The notes beneath the pieces are model-generated. The model was not told the origin of the DNA. It worked only from the letters and a program-made list of their open reading frames with translations, and did not search any database. From Eubacteriales bacterium (GTDB taxonomy: Bacteria; Bacillota; Clostridia; Oscillospirales; CAG-272), in the NCBI GenBank assembly GCA_045125655.1, contig JBGVNP010000063.1:9-64008 (forward strand): a stretch of DNA of 64,000 nt. Reading direction: 5' to 3'. Made by a program: the position numbers and the translations under genes. The stretch's first letter is position 1. Every line of letters starts with the position of its first letter. Positions 6,898 through 16,657 of this stretch are shown here, one piece after another.

Positions 6898-9450
6898 TTA
6901 GTTTTCCCAAGAAAGGTCCAAAATTGTAATGCGGTCCTTGTTACCACTCTGTGCGGTGGGGCAGTTATTAACAACCTCAATTGTGAAATTGCCTGTAATA
7001 GCTGTTTCAAGAACCCATTCTTCTGTCCAAACAACGTACTTATCATTATTTTTATCTACAGTTCTTGCAACAACCTTTTCATATTTTGTATCAGTAGCAA
7101 GATCTGTGATAGTAATTGTTATGGAAAGCTCTGTGTCAGTGAACATCTTTGTGTATTTAAGTGTCAACTTAGAAATACCGCCTGCAAGTGTAGGAGATGT
7201 AAGCTTACCAGGATTACTTGTATGACCAGTAAGGCAAGGTGCCTTGTAGGTATTATCAGGACCAATAACAGCAAACTGGGGATTTGAATTAGCAGACGCA
7301 GGATCACCAGGCATACCAGCCTGAATAGCAGCATTTACAGTAGTCCAACCATTAGCTGTAGTGAAAGTTTTTGTGTAGGAAGAATCACCATTTGCATTAG
7401 TTGTCTGAATTGTATTAAAGTCAGCACTATTGCTTGAGGAAGCGGGAGTATCAACAACGTCATCACCGCTTACAGGAGGATCGATAGGATCCTCACCACC
7501 GTCTACGGGAGGAGTAACTGTGCCTGTAGAATCAGCAGCATAGAAGGAAAGCTCGAAGAGAGCGCTGCTAGCAGGAGCATATGCACTCCAGTTGCCCTTT
7601 TCTTCATACCATTCAATGTAAAGTCCGCGACCTACGTTCTTTACATAGTAAACACCTGTTGCTTTTTCTTCAAGAACCCAAGTTTTATTATTACCTTGGT
7701 CATTGAAAGAAGAATAGCTATCAGCCAAAGCAAGTACGGAACCTGTAACGGATGTGAATGTGTAAGAGCCGTCTTCGTTAACTGTTACTACCCAAGTTTC
7801 AGCGTCTGTAAGACCTTCAAAACCTGCGGAAACGTCAACACCAAGGTTATATAAATTGTTGTAACCTGTCTTAGTTGCAGACAAAGCCATATTGTAAGTA
7901 GGAGCTACGATGTAAACTTTGTCACCTGTCTTAAGAGATGTAAGAGCGTCGGGGTTAGCAACGGGAGGAACGTAGTTAGGATCCTTTTCGCCGCAAGAAC
8001 AAGAACCGTTTACAAAATTATGTGTATGAGTGGGAGGAGTAACCTCACCATCAGCAGGAATGAGTCTTGCGGGATACTGTGTGCCAGAGTTGAGCTGATC
8101 CTTATAATATGCACCGGACAAGCTCATAGTTGTATAAGTTGTACCCTTGTTTGTATAAGAACCGGGGAAGAATGTATCGGACTGACCATCGATTTCTGCA
8201 TATGCTTCGATAATACCATTATTTGCGTCATATTTCCAAACTGTTATAGCAGTTTCATCAAGCGTAAAGTGAGCGCCTGCATAACCGTTGGACTTAAGAT
8301 ATGCTTCGATATTTACATATGTCTTAACATCACCGTTATTGAAGTAGATGTTGTAACCACCCTCAACTACTTCAAAATAGATATTAACTGCTGCTGAAAG
8401 ATCATCTGTTGTATCAAGATAAGAACTCTTTTCAGCATCCAAAGAACCGTTGAAGTAAAGTGTACCTGCAGGAATTGTCATGTACAACTTGTATGCCTTA
8501 TCTACTTCGGGAGCTGTGTATGTAGGTGTAACAACAGGATCATCACCACCGTTGCCACCGTTACCGCCATTGAGGTCTTCATCAGAAAGTGCTGTATAAA
8601 CGTCAATGGTCAAAATACGAACCTGCTTTGTGATACCTGTAGACTGGAATACGTCAACGGGACCATCAAGGAAGAGAATTGTGAGAACTGCACCGTCGCG
8701 ATTGAATGTTGCGCCTTCAACTACCATGTTGTCAAAGCCCTGAACATAGTCCTTGCCGTCAGCAGTTACGTAATCATCAAATGTGATTACAATCTTTCTC
8801 ATACCCTTAGATTCAATTTTAACAGTTGAACCAACGTAAACTCTTGCAGCATAATTCTTTGTTTGGTCATAGCAGTCAGTAGAGCTGCTTGCCTTATCGT
8901 TAGTAAATGTGATACCGTTAGCAGCATAAACCATCTGTGTCGTAGAATAGCTTGCTCTATTTGTTGTTCCTGTCATTTCAAGAGTTGCCTTGCCACCAAC
9001 AATAACGGGTGCGGGAACCTTAAGAGTGTGTTCAACTTTATCAGTTGATGTGCCATCGGGAGCTGTGATTGTAGCTGTAAGTGTGTAGGTAAGATCCTCG
9101 GAAACGCTTTCGGGAACCTTAACTGTAATCTTTTTACCAGCGAAAATGTCACTATCGGACTTGGGAACGTAATCAACGATCTGGATAGCGTCGTTATCTA
9201 CTGTCCAAGTGATTGTGTATGTACCGTCCTTAACTGTAAGAACAGTAAGAAGGTCATAATCGTTCTTTGTTTCGGGAACTGCTATGTCCTTAGTGGGGTA
9301 GAGTTCGGGGTGAACTGTCTTAAGATATGACTTTGCGTTAGAAAAGTCATAAGAGGGAGTGGGTGTGGGTTCATTGCCCTGTTGCTGGCAAGATGCAAGC
9401 ACACCGAGGCAAAGAATCAAGATAAGAATGATACTTAAAATTCTTTTCAT
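6898..9450 (-). CDS. large surface lipoprotein, multidomain, function unknown
   Basis: It has a signal peptide with lipobox LASC (Cys21), is 850 aa long, and has Gly/Asn and Pro-rich linkers (NGGNGGNGG, TPPVDGGEDPIDPP). I can recognise no catalytic motif. It is the last gene of the nuclease/ABC operon. Confidence 0.6.
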   Translation of the reverse strand: MKRILSIILILILCLGVLASCQQQGNEPTPTPSYDFSNAKSYLKTVHPELYPTKDIAVPETKNDYDLLTVLTVKDGTYTITWTVDNDAIQIVDYVPKSDSDIFAGKKITVKVPESVSEDLTYTLTATITAPDGTSTDKVEHTLKVPAPVIVGGKATLEMTGTTNRASYSTTQMVYAANGITFTNDKASSSTDCYDQTKNYAARVYVGSTVKIESKGMRKIVITFDDYVTADGKDYVQGFDNMVVEGATFNRDGAVLTILFLDGPVDVFQSTGITKQVRILTIDVYTALSDEDLNGGNGGNGGDDPVVTPTYTAPEVDKAYKLYMTIPAGTLYFNGSLDAEKSSYLDTTDDLSAAVNIYFEVVEGGYNIYFNNGDVKTYVNIEAYLKSNGYAGAHFTLDETAITVWKYDANNGIIEAYAEIDGQSDTFFPGSYTNKGTTYTTMSLSGAYYKDQLNSGTQYPARLIPADGEVTPPTHTHNFVNGSCSCGEKDPNYVPPVANPDALTSLKTGDKVYIVAPTYNMALSATKTGYNNLYNLGVDVSAGFEGLTDAETWVVTVNEDGSYTFTSVTGSVLALADSYSSFNDQGNNKTWVLEEKATGVYYVKNVGRGLYIEWYEEKGNWSAYAPASSALFELSFYAADSTGTVTPPVDGGEDPIDPPVSGDDVVDTPASSSNSADFNTIQTTNANGDSSYTKTFTTANGWTTVNAAIQAGMPGDPASANSNPQFAVIGPDNTYKAPCLTGHTSNPGKLTSPTLAGGISKLTLKYTKMFTDTELSITITITDLATDTKYEKVVARTVDKNNDKYVVWTEEWVLETAITGNFTIEVVNNCPTAQSGNKDRITILDLSWEN

Positions 9451-9472
9451 AATAACTCCTTATTATTTTGTT

Positions 9473-10849
9473 TTAATCATGAACGACAACGTCGTTAAGT
9501 GAAACTAATTTAATTTGGTAAGCACCGTCAAATATTGCTACAAGGCCCTTAACATCAATTGTTTTACCATTGAAGTAGCTTGCAGTAACGACATTGCCGT
9601 TAGCATCCTTCAATACTTCAGTTCTAACAGTAATTGTTTTACCGTCAGCAGTGCAAGTGAGTGTCATTGCGCCGTTACTGTCTGTATCACTTTGAGTTGT
9701 ATAAACCTTAGTAACTTTAAGGTTCTTCATCTCAATAGCAGTATTAAGAGCAAGCTCTGTATACTTAAATGTCTTGTATGTGTCATCATCGTCAGTTTCA
9801 CCCTTAATCAATACATCTTCAATCTTACGGTTAACGAATTCATCGGGAGTTGTAAGAGTATATTCAATAGGTTGGTCTTTTGCAAGAACCTTGATGTTGT
9901 CGGGGTGATTGGGGTTAGCAGCGATATACTTGATACCGGAAACCTGATATGTTCCGCCACCTTCCCAGTAAGTAACCGTACCAACGATTCTTAACAAGTT
10001 ACCAATCTTAAGCATGCTGCGTTCATTAAAGTTGAATCCGTAATAAACGTACATACCGTGGTACATACCTGTTTCTTCGCTGTAAGCCTGAACGTATAAG
10101 CCCTGGCTAAAGTTTTTAACGATAATCGCTTCAAAAGCAACCTTCTTGTTAAGGTACTTTTCAGGGTTAATAGCAAGCTCCTTAGTGTCAACCTCAATTG
10201 CACTTCCTGTAAAGAAGTTAGGGTCAACATCGTTGGAGTGAAGATGCTTTTTGTAAGTACGTGCCTGCATATATGCATCCCAGCAAGGATCTCTATATGC
10301 TACGTCATCAGCCTTGAAAAGAGCAAAACCTTCTTGAAGAATTTCAATATTCAAGCAACGGTAGTCTGTCATTTCAGCTGTTTTGTACCAAACCCAAACC
10401 ATGTGTCTTTCACCGGTTGTGTCTGTATTCCAAGTTTCAGTGTCACTTTCCACGATAATGGATGTGGCATTTTTCATTCTTTCCTTAGTGAAGTCGGAAG
10501 CAGTTTTACCCCATTTTTCGATAACACCGGTAGATTCGGGTGTGTCGATTCCGAGATATCTTGCCTTGAGTACGTCCACGTTCTTATCACCCAATTTGAT
10601 GGGCTTAGAAAGATTGAAGTGAGTTGTATCTCCGTCTATATGCAACTTGAGAGTTACTTCCTGGTAAATTCTACCGGAATTAGGATTGAATTTTACAAGG
10701 GAAGCATAGTCAACCCACTCAGGGAGGGTGGTTTCACCACCCTGCTGAGTAGTTGTACCTGGAGTATTGGGTGTATTACAAGCAACAAAACAGGTAATAA
10801 GTGTGCAAATAAGAAGAAGAAAACTAATTATTCTAATGTTTGTCTTCAT
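9473..10849 (-). CDS. lipoprotein thermonuclease (staphylococcal nuclease fold) with OB-fold-like C-terminal region
   Basis: The lipobox is FVAC (Cys24). SNase active-site pattern: HIDGDT, ARYLGIDTPES (Arg35/Asp40/Glu43 equivalents) and GERHMVWVW (Arg87 equivalent). Confidence 0.8.
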   Translation of the reverse strand: MKTNIRIISFLLLICTLITCFVACNTPNTPGTTTQQGGETTLPEWVDYASLVKFNPNSGRIYQEVTLKLHIDGDTTHFNLSKPIKLGDKNVDVLKARYLGIDTPESTGVIEKWGKTASDFTKERMKNATSIIVESDTETWNTDTTGERHMVWVWYKTAEMTDYRCLNIEILQEGFALFKADDVAYRDPCWDAYMQARTYKKHLHSNDVDPNFFTGSAIEVDTKELAINPEKYLNKKVAFEAIIVKNFSQGLYVQAYSEETGMYHGMYVYYGFNFNERSMLKIGNLLRIVGTVTYWEGGGTYQVSGIKYIAANPNHPDNIKVLAKDQPIEYTLTTPDEFVNRKIEDVLIKGETDDDDTYKTFKYTELALNTAIEMKNLKVTKVYTTQSDTDSNGAMTLTCTADGKTITVRTEVLKDANGNVVTASYFNGKTIDVKGLVAIFDGAYQIKLVSLNDVVVHD

Positions 10850-10889
10850 ATTTATATTTACCTATAACTTTATGAATGTTGTCAAATAA

Positions 10890-12329
10890 TTACTGGGACA
10901 TTTCGCATTCGTCTATTGCGTCTTTGAACTGCTTATCAATGTAAGAATCGATACCGCTGGGATTCTTTGCGTAGTTTTCCATACAGTTCTTAAGAAGAGC
11001 ACCTACCATATCACGAGCTGTGGATGAACCCTTGAAAGCAGGAGATGTGTAGTAGTATTCTTCAAGCTCCAAGCAAAGATCCATTGCCATGTATGTGATA
11101 GTGTCGTTGTCATGTTCAGCTGTCAACTTATTGTTGAACCATTCAAGGTCTCTTACGGACTTGATTACGGGAACGTAACCGGAAACGTCAGCAAAAGAAG
11201 CCTGAAGATCTGTTGTTGTTGTAAGGAACTTCATAAAGAGCCAAGCTGCGATGTTTTCCTGAGTATTGCCCTTGTCAAGAAGTACAAGAGAGGGACCCTG
11301 AGAAATAACCTTAGGATTAGAAGGATCTGCCTGAGGAATGGGAGCAACACCTACTTCGAAAGGATAGTTGCCATCGCCGTCAGCAGCAGGACACTGGTTA
11401 CCTGCACCTGCGGTAGAACCGATACCGAAGTAAGATTCCTGAGCTGTGAAGAGTGTAGATGTGTAAGCACCGTGAAGCTCCTGAGTTGTAACGTAGCCCT
11501 TAGCGTGCCATTCAGCAAATCTCTTTACGAATGCTCTGTTTTCGGCATTGTCGAAGAGGAACTTGTTGTCGCCTGTAGCTGTTGTATAGTCAGAACCCAT
11601 CTGTTCGCACATTGTGATGAACCAGTTGGCTTCGGAGTCATAACCAAAGGGTACACAATCGGGATCGATTGCTTTGATCTTCTTGCAAAGCTCTTCTACG
11701 TCATCCCATGTCTTGGGAACTTCAAGACCGTTCTTTTCAAAGAATGTCTTGTTGTAGTAAAGAATCTCAGTAGACTTTGAGAAGGGGAGTGTATACATCC
11801 AGTTAACACCGTTTACCTGTGCAAAGTTTCTACCTTCGTTGTAGAAACCTTCAAGGAAGTCAGCTTTCTGTGCAGCTGTAAGACCAAGAGTATCGTGGTC
11901 GATAAGCTGGTCGAGAGCGATTACCTTACCTGTTTCAAGGTACATAGCAACGTGGTCGGGATAGCAGTAAGAAATGTTAGGACCTGCTCCAACACCAAGT
12001 TCCTCTTTGATAAGGTCACGAGTTGCGTCGTAGTTTGACTGATATTCAAACTTAACAGTAATGTTGGGATAGAGTTCCTGGAACTGATCTATACCGTCAT
12101 CGGGAACAGCTGTGTAGAATGCTTCAACGATAGCACGAAGCTTCTGACCCATAGAAGAATAGAATGTGATTGTAACGGGTGTCTCCGTATCAAATGTTGC
12201 ATCTCCGATTTGCCAGTCGGGGATTTCACCTTGCTGACCCTGAGATTGGGTGCCACCGCCACAAGCTGTCATAGCAAGTGTGCTGAGGATCATTGTCAAA
12301 GCAAGGAGGAAAGAGAGAAATTTTTTCAT
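10890..12329 (-). CDS. ABC transporter extracellular solute-binding lipoprotein (family 1 / CUT1-type)
   Basis: The lipobox is MTAC, followed by GGG. The size and composition fit family-1 SBPs. It sits next to MalFG-type permeases. The start was taken at the ATG giving MKKFLSF. Confidence 0.8.
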   Translation of the reverse strand: MKKFLSFLLALTMILSTLAMTACGGGTQSQGQQGEIPDWQIGDATFDTETPVTITFYSSMGQKLRAIVEAFYTAVPDDGIDQFQELYPNITVKFEYQSNYDATRDLIKEELGVGAGPNISYCYPDHVAMYLETGKVIALDQLIDHDTLGLTAAQKADFLEGFYNEGRNFAQVNGVNWMYTLPFSKSTEILYYNKTFFEKNGLEVPKTWDDVEELCKKIKAIDPDCVPFGYDSEANWFITMCEQMGSDYTTATGDNKFLFDNAENRAFVKRFAEWHAKGYVTTQELHGAYTSTLFTAQESYFGIGSTAGAGNQCPAADGDGNYPFEVGVAPIPQADPSNPKVISQGPSLVLLDKGNTQENIAAWLFMKFLTTTTDLQASFADVSGYVPVIKSVRDLEWFNNKLTAEHDNDTITYMAMDLCLELEEYYYTSPAFKGSSTARDMVGALLKNCMENYAKNPSGIDSYIDKQFKDAIDECEMSQ

Positions 12330-12400
12330 TGGTTTTGTCCGTCCTTTCAAAAAATGAAATAATTATTTATAATTGCCAATCGGCTAATTATCTATTAATA

Positions 12401-13441
12401 TTATCCCTTGATACCGCTGCGCGATACACCCTTCATAATGTACTTTCTAAAGCAAATAAATACTATGAAGAGAGGGATGGATACCATGGCAACTGCTGCC
12501 ATTTGGAGAGGAATGTTAACCATATCGCCACGACCCTCAAGTGTGTAGTCACCGCCTCTGATACCGTTAGTAACAAGAAGGAAGTCGGGATCCTTAATAA
12601 CGAGCTGTGGCCATACGTATGTGTTCCATGCGCCCATCATTTTAAGAATTGTAATGGAAATAATGGTAGGAAGTGCAAGGGGAATCATAACCTTCCAAAG
12701 ATATTTGATATCACTAACACCGTCAACCTTCGCAGCGAGATAAAGCTCGTTGGGAATTTGAAGGAAGTTTTGTCTCAAAAGGTAAATGTAGAATACACTT
12801 ACAAGGAAGGGAACGATAAGAACTGTGAATCCCCATTTTTCAGTGTCATTCCAACCAAAAGCATAGATTGTCTGATAGTTGGTGATTGTGAAAAGCTCAC
12901 CGGGAATCATCATAGTTGCAAGAAGTCCTGCAAAAAGTGCATTTTTACCCTTAAACTCAAGTCTTGCAAATGCAAATGCGGAAAGAACTGTAATAACGAG
13001 TGAAAGCGCTGTTGAAACAACACCTACAAAAATTGTATTGATGAATACTCTTTCAAGATTTGCAGCTTCAAGTGCTTCACTATAGTTTTTCAAACGAATA
13101 ACTTGAGGCCAAAGAGTGGGTACCATCGCATTGTACTCATCGAATGTCTTAAGTGATGAAATAATCATCCAATAGAATGGGAAGAGTACAATAAATGCCA
13201 TGAGGATAAGGAAAGCATAAACAACGACATAACCAAGTACTTTCATAACCTTAGCGGTTTTGTTAACCTGGCTCATATCTTGTTCAGCCATTACTCTTAG
13301 CGGGTCACTTCCATTTGTGTTTCCGTCCAAAATTTCGGAAAGGTCAACATATTTGGAAATGAAATAAGAAATAGGAATAATAATTACTTCCGCCAAAAGG
13401 ATGTAACCAAATGCTATCCAAAAGAAACTAATGCCAGTCAT
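12401..13441 (-). CDS. ABC transporter permease (MalG/UgpE-like) with extra N-terminal TM segment
   Basis: It has an EAA-loop region (LAAKVDGVSDIKYLWKVMIPLALP) and multiple TM helices. Confidence 0.85.
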   Translation of the reverse strand: MTGISFFWIAFGYILLAEVIIIPISYFISKYVDLSEILDGNTNGSDPLRVMAEQDMSQVNKTAKVMKVLGYVVVYAFLILMAFIVLFPFYWMIISSLKTFDEYNAMVPTLWPQVIRLKNYSEALEAANLERVFINTIFVGVVSTALSLVITVLSAFAFARLEFKGKNALFAGLLATMMIPGELFTITNYQTIYAFGWNDTEKWGFTVLIVPFLVSVFYIYLLRQNFLQIPNELYLAAKVDGVSDIKYLWKVMIPLALPTIISITILKMMGAWNTYVWPQLVIKDPDFLLVTNGIRGGDYTLEGRGDMVNIPLQMAAVAMVSIPLFIVFICFRKYIMKGVSRSGIKG

Positions 13442-13456
13442 TTCAGCTACCTCCTA

Positions 13457-14395
13457 TCAATAATAAGTTGTCTTTTTACTAATTGCAAGGTTAATCATTG
13501 TTATTACAAAGATAATTGCAAAGAGTATAAGCGCCGCCGCGGAAGCAATACCTGTATTACTGTTAGTAATAGATGTATAGATAAGACCTACCATTGTGTT
13601 AAGCTCACCTGTACGAGCCATCTGATCATCGAAGATACCAACTACGTTGGAATATTCCTTAAATCCGCCAATGAAACCTGTGATTACAACGTATGTGATC
13701 ATAGGAGAGAGAAGCGGAACAGTAATTCTTGTGAAAGTTCTAACCTTAGAGGTTCCGTCAACCTTAGCAGCATCGTAATACTGCTTGTTAACGCTTTGCA
13801 AAGCGCCGAGAAGTACGAGGATCTTAAAGGGAAGAGCGTTCCATATAATATATATCATTACAACAAATAGCTTTGTTTCCGGTGAAGAACCTGCATTAAT
13901 CCAGTTTACGTAATCACCACCAAATGCCATAATGATATTGTTGATAATACCATAGGATTGAATTGTGGGTTCAAGAGCTGCAGTGTTACCTACAACGTTA
14001 AACATTGCAGAGAATACCATACCTATCGCAAGAGAGTTCGTTACGTAGGGAAGGAAATATATTGTCTGCAAAATTCTTTGAAGAGGTTTGATTGAGTTAA
14101 GACATACGGAAATAAGAAGCGCAAGGAATGTTGAAATCAAAACTGTAGGGATACAAAGAATCAACGTATTCTTGAGAGCACTCCAAAATCGTCCGTAATT
14201 CAAAACCTTTTCAAAGTTTTTAAGACCGATAGGAAAGTTCCATCTACCAACTCTTATAGCTGTCATTTCGTTGAATCCTTCCTGGAAGGCCATGATCGTA
14301 GTATTGATGATAGGCCAAACAGTGAAGACAAGCAACAAAACGATTGCAGGAGCAAGGTAGAGCCAAGCTTTCCATTGTTGTTTGCTATCTACCAT
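13457..14395 (-). CDS. ABC transporter permease (MalF/UgpA-like)
   Basis: It has an EAA-loop region (YDAAKVDGTSKVRTFTRITVPLLSP) and six predicted TM segments. Confidence 0.85.
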   Translation of the reverse strand: MVDSKQQWKAWLYLAPAIVLLLVFTVWPIINTTIMAFQEGFNEMTAIRVGRWNFPIGLKNFEKVLNYGRFWSALKNTLILCIPTVLISTFLALLISVCLNSIKPLQRILQTIYFLPYVTNSLAIGMVFSAMFNVVGNTAALEPTIQSYGIINNIIMAFGGDYVNWINAGSSPETKLFVVMIYIIWNALPFKILVLLGALQSVNKQYYDAAKVDGTSKVRTFTRITVPLLSPMITYVVITGFIGGFKEYSNVVGIFDDQMARTGELNTMVGLIYTSITNSNTGIASAAALILFAIIFVITMINLAISKKTTYY

Positions 14396-14406
14396 AATAG
14401 TTCTCC

Positions 14407-15498
14407 TTAAAATTTCATTCTTTCTTCGGTATCCTTGTTAAAGATAAATACCTTGTGAGGCTTAAGTGAGAAGCTAATGGTTTTAGCTGTAGCATCTATG
14501 TTAGAATCGGAGTTGATGATGGATCTTACAACAGGATTCTGAGAATTTGCATGTGTTGAAACAACGCTGACGTCACGTCCCATAACCTCAAGATTGGAGA
14601 GATTACATACGAAAGGACCGTTGGGATCGAGATTAAAGCCTTCAGGACGAATGCCGACTGTTACAAGCTGGTCTGCAACACCGGGAGCATCAAGAACTGC
14701 AGCGCCACCGATATAGAGCTTGCCGCCCTTAACCTCACCGTCAAATACGTTGATAGGAGGAGTACCAAGGAACTTTGCAACGAAAAGGTTTGCGGGATCA
14801 TCATAAACCGCCTGGGGCTTACCTACCTGCTGAACAACACCAAGCTTCATAACTACGATGAAGTCGGAGATGCTCATTGCTTCTTCCTGGTCGTGAGTTA
14901 CGAAAATCGTTGTGATGCCTGTTTCCATCTGGATTCTCTTGATCTCTTCACGTGTCTGAAGTCTAAGACGCGCATCAAGGTTTGAAAGAGGCTCGTCAAG
15001 AAGGAGAACGCGAGGCATTTTAACAAGAGCGCGGGCAATAGCTACACGCTGCTGCTGACCACCGGAAAGCTCACTGGGCTTTCTTTCCATAAGCTCGTCG
15101 ATCTGAACAAGTTTTGCTGCCTCATGAGCTCTTTCGAGCATGGCATCCTTGGAAAGTTTGTCACCACCCTTGAGATTCTGCAAGGGGAAGAGTATGTTTT
15201 GCTTTACCGTCATATGGGGGTAAAGCGCGTAGTTCTGGAAAACGAGACCTACGCCACGTTTTTCGGTCGGAAGTTCAGTAACGTCCTCTTCACCGAAGAA
15301 GATCTGACCGGATGAGGGTTTCTGCAAACCACTGATCATGTAGAGGGTAGTACTTTTACCACATCCCGAAGGACCAAGCAAGCCGATGAGCTTACCGTCT
15401 GGGATTTCAAAGGTGAAGTTATTTACCGCTACAACATCTTCCTTTTTCTTGTCGCGATTAGGGAAGATCTTTGTTAAATTTTGCAAAACAACTTTCAT
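14407..15498 (-). CDS. ABC transporter ATP-binding protein (MalK/MsmX/UgpC type)
   Basis: Walker A is GPSGCGKST, the signature is LSGGQQQRV and Walker B is LLLDEPLSNLD. It has a C-terminal regulatory/TOBE-like domain. Confidence 0.9.
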   Translation of the reverse strand: MKVVLQNLTKIFPNRDKKKEDVVAVNNFTFEIPDGKLIGLLGPSGCGKSTTLYMISGLQKPSSGQIFFGEEDVTELPTEKRGVGLVFQNYALYPHMTVKQNILFPLQNLKGGDKLSKDAMLERAHEAAKLVQIDELMERKPSELSGGQQQRVAIARALVKMPRVLLLDEPLSNLDARLRLQTREEIKRIQMETGITTIFVTHDQEEAMSISDFIVVMKLGVVQQVGKPQAVYDDPANLFVAKFLGTPPINVFDGEVKGGKLYIGGAAVLDAPGVADQLVTVGIRPEGFNLDPNGPFVCNLSNLEVMGRDVSVVSTHANSQNPVVRSIINSDSNIDATAKTISFSLKPHKVFIFNKDTEERMKF

Positions 15499-15541
15499 AA
15501 AATCTCCATTTCTTTATATAAAAAAATTTTTGAGAACAACC

Positions 15542-16342
15542 TTAAAAATATTTAGCCTTATTTGCTTCCTCTTCGTGAATACGGCGGATAAATTCCTGCT
15601 TCGCTTCGCGGGATTCAAATATTCTTTGGCTTTGTATATCAACCGTAACGGTTGATGAAAGAATGTCATGTATCGTTGAATTTGTTTTTGTGGCAATAAC
15701 AAGTATAATTTGGAATATCAATAAGAGAGCTATCGCGCCGAGATTGAATATGCTTCCAATACCAAAGTAGAGCATCAGTGCCATGGCAACGGGGAACATT
15801 GTTTCAAGTGTGTATTTTCCAAGTATTGAACGAACGAATACTACAATGGGTGTTACCTTAACTCCGTCAAGACGCATAACCCCAATTCCGAATATCTTTT
15901 TACCTACTGTTTGTCCGTTTTTGAGTATTATAGGAACTATGAACTCAAGAATAACGAATGGGAAGAGAAGTCCAAGAGAAACTATCAATATGGTAAGCGA
16001 CGTTACCATTGAATAAGCATCAAGTATGGCTTCATTGGAGTTTATGTCCTTAATGCAATTTTCTATAGTATTCCTAACATCTTCGGGAAGCTCATTTTTT
16101 TGCTCCTCGGTAAGATACAAATAATCTTGGAGATCCACCTTGTGATTTTCAACAATCTTTGAAATACCATAGGAATCTCTTATTGACTGTATTTCCGACT
16201 CCATCGTGTTGTTGTAGTTATCGTAGCCGGTTGCCGCCGAAAGCAACCAAACAGCTCCGGTAACGAGAATCATCATAAGAATGAGGTCAATAAGAAACGC
16301 AGACATACGCTTCATAAGACCGGCCTTTTGCAAATCGTGCAT
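15542..16342 (-). CDS. RDD-family membrane protein
   Basis: It has an N-terminal KRMSAFLIDLIL segment, then TM helices and KNGQTVGKKIFGIGVM, which is typical of RDD domains. It is the first gene of the operon. Confidence 0.65.
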   Translation of the reverse strand: MHDLQKAGLMKRMSAFLIDLILMMILVTGAVWLLSAATGYDNYNNTMESEIQSIRDSYGISKIVENHKVDLQDYLYLTEEQKNELPEDVRNTIENCIKDINSNEAILDAYSMVTSLTILIVSLGLLFPFVILEFIVPIILKNGQTVGKKIFGIGVMRLDGVKVTPIVVFVRSILGKYTLETMFPVAMALMLYFGIGSIFNLGAIALLLIFQIILVIATKTNSTIHDILSSTVTVDIQSQRIFESREAKQEFIRRIHEEEANKAKYF

Positions 16343-16605
16343 AGTATTTTAAAACCCTTCATTATAATATATTAAGCAGGGTGTGTAAACAAAAATTGAC
16401 ATAGTTATAAATCATAAATTTACCCTATATACATAATAGCACAAAGTTCTTCAAAAAACAAGCATTTTTTATCAATATTCGGCGAAAAAATAATTTTTCG
16501 TCAATTTGACAAAAAAAGCTTTTCAAAATCCTTTTCAAAAGGCATTTGTACTAAAAGTGAGCTTAAGAAAAATGAGCTATATTTATAAATTACCCATAAA
16601 AATCA

Positions 16606-16642
16606 ATAAAAAACGCAACAGATTTTGGCCTGTTGCGTTTTT
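16606..16642 (-). terminator. intrinsic terminator after the CNNM/CorC gene
   Basis: AACGCAACA-(10 nt)-TGTTGCGTT has T-runs on both strands. Confidence 0.75.
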
Positions 16643-16657
16643 GTGCAAAATTACTTA

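Noticed and set aside
8530-8585. GGN-repeat DNA (NGGNGGNGG) as a separate repeat element
   Set aside because: It is a short in-frame Gly/Asn linker within the 850-aa lipoprotein, not an independent repeat.
11112-11780. Long antisense ORFs in the six-frame track (also 19919-20440, 21341-22039, 27978-28646, 35122-35646, 51564-52283 and others)
   Set aside because: Each lies entirely inside a well-supported gene on the other strand. They lack ribosome-binding sites and have low-complexity or Cys/Leu-skewed composition typical of shadow frames.
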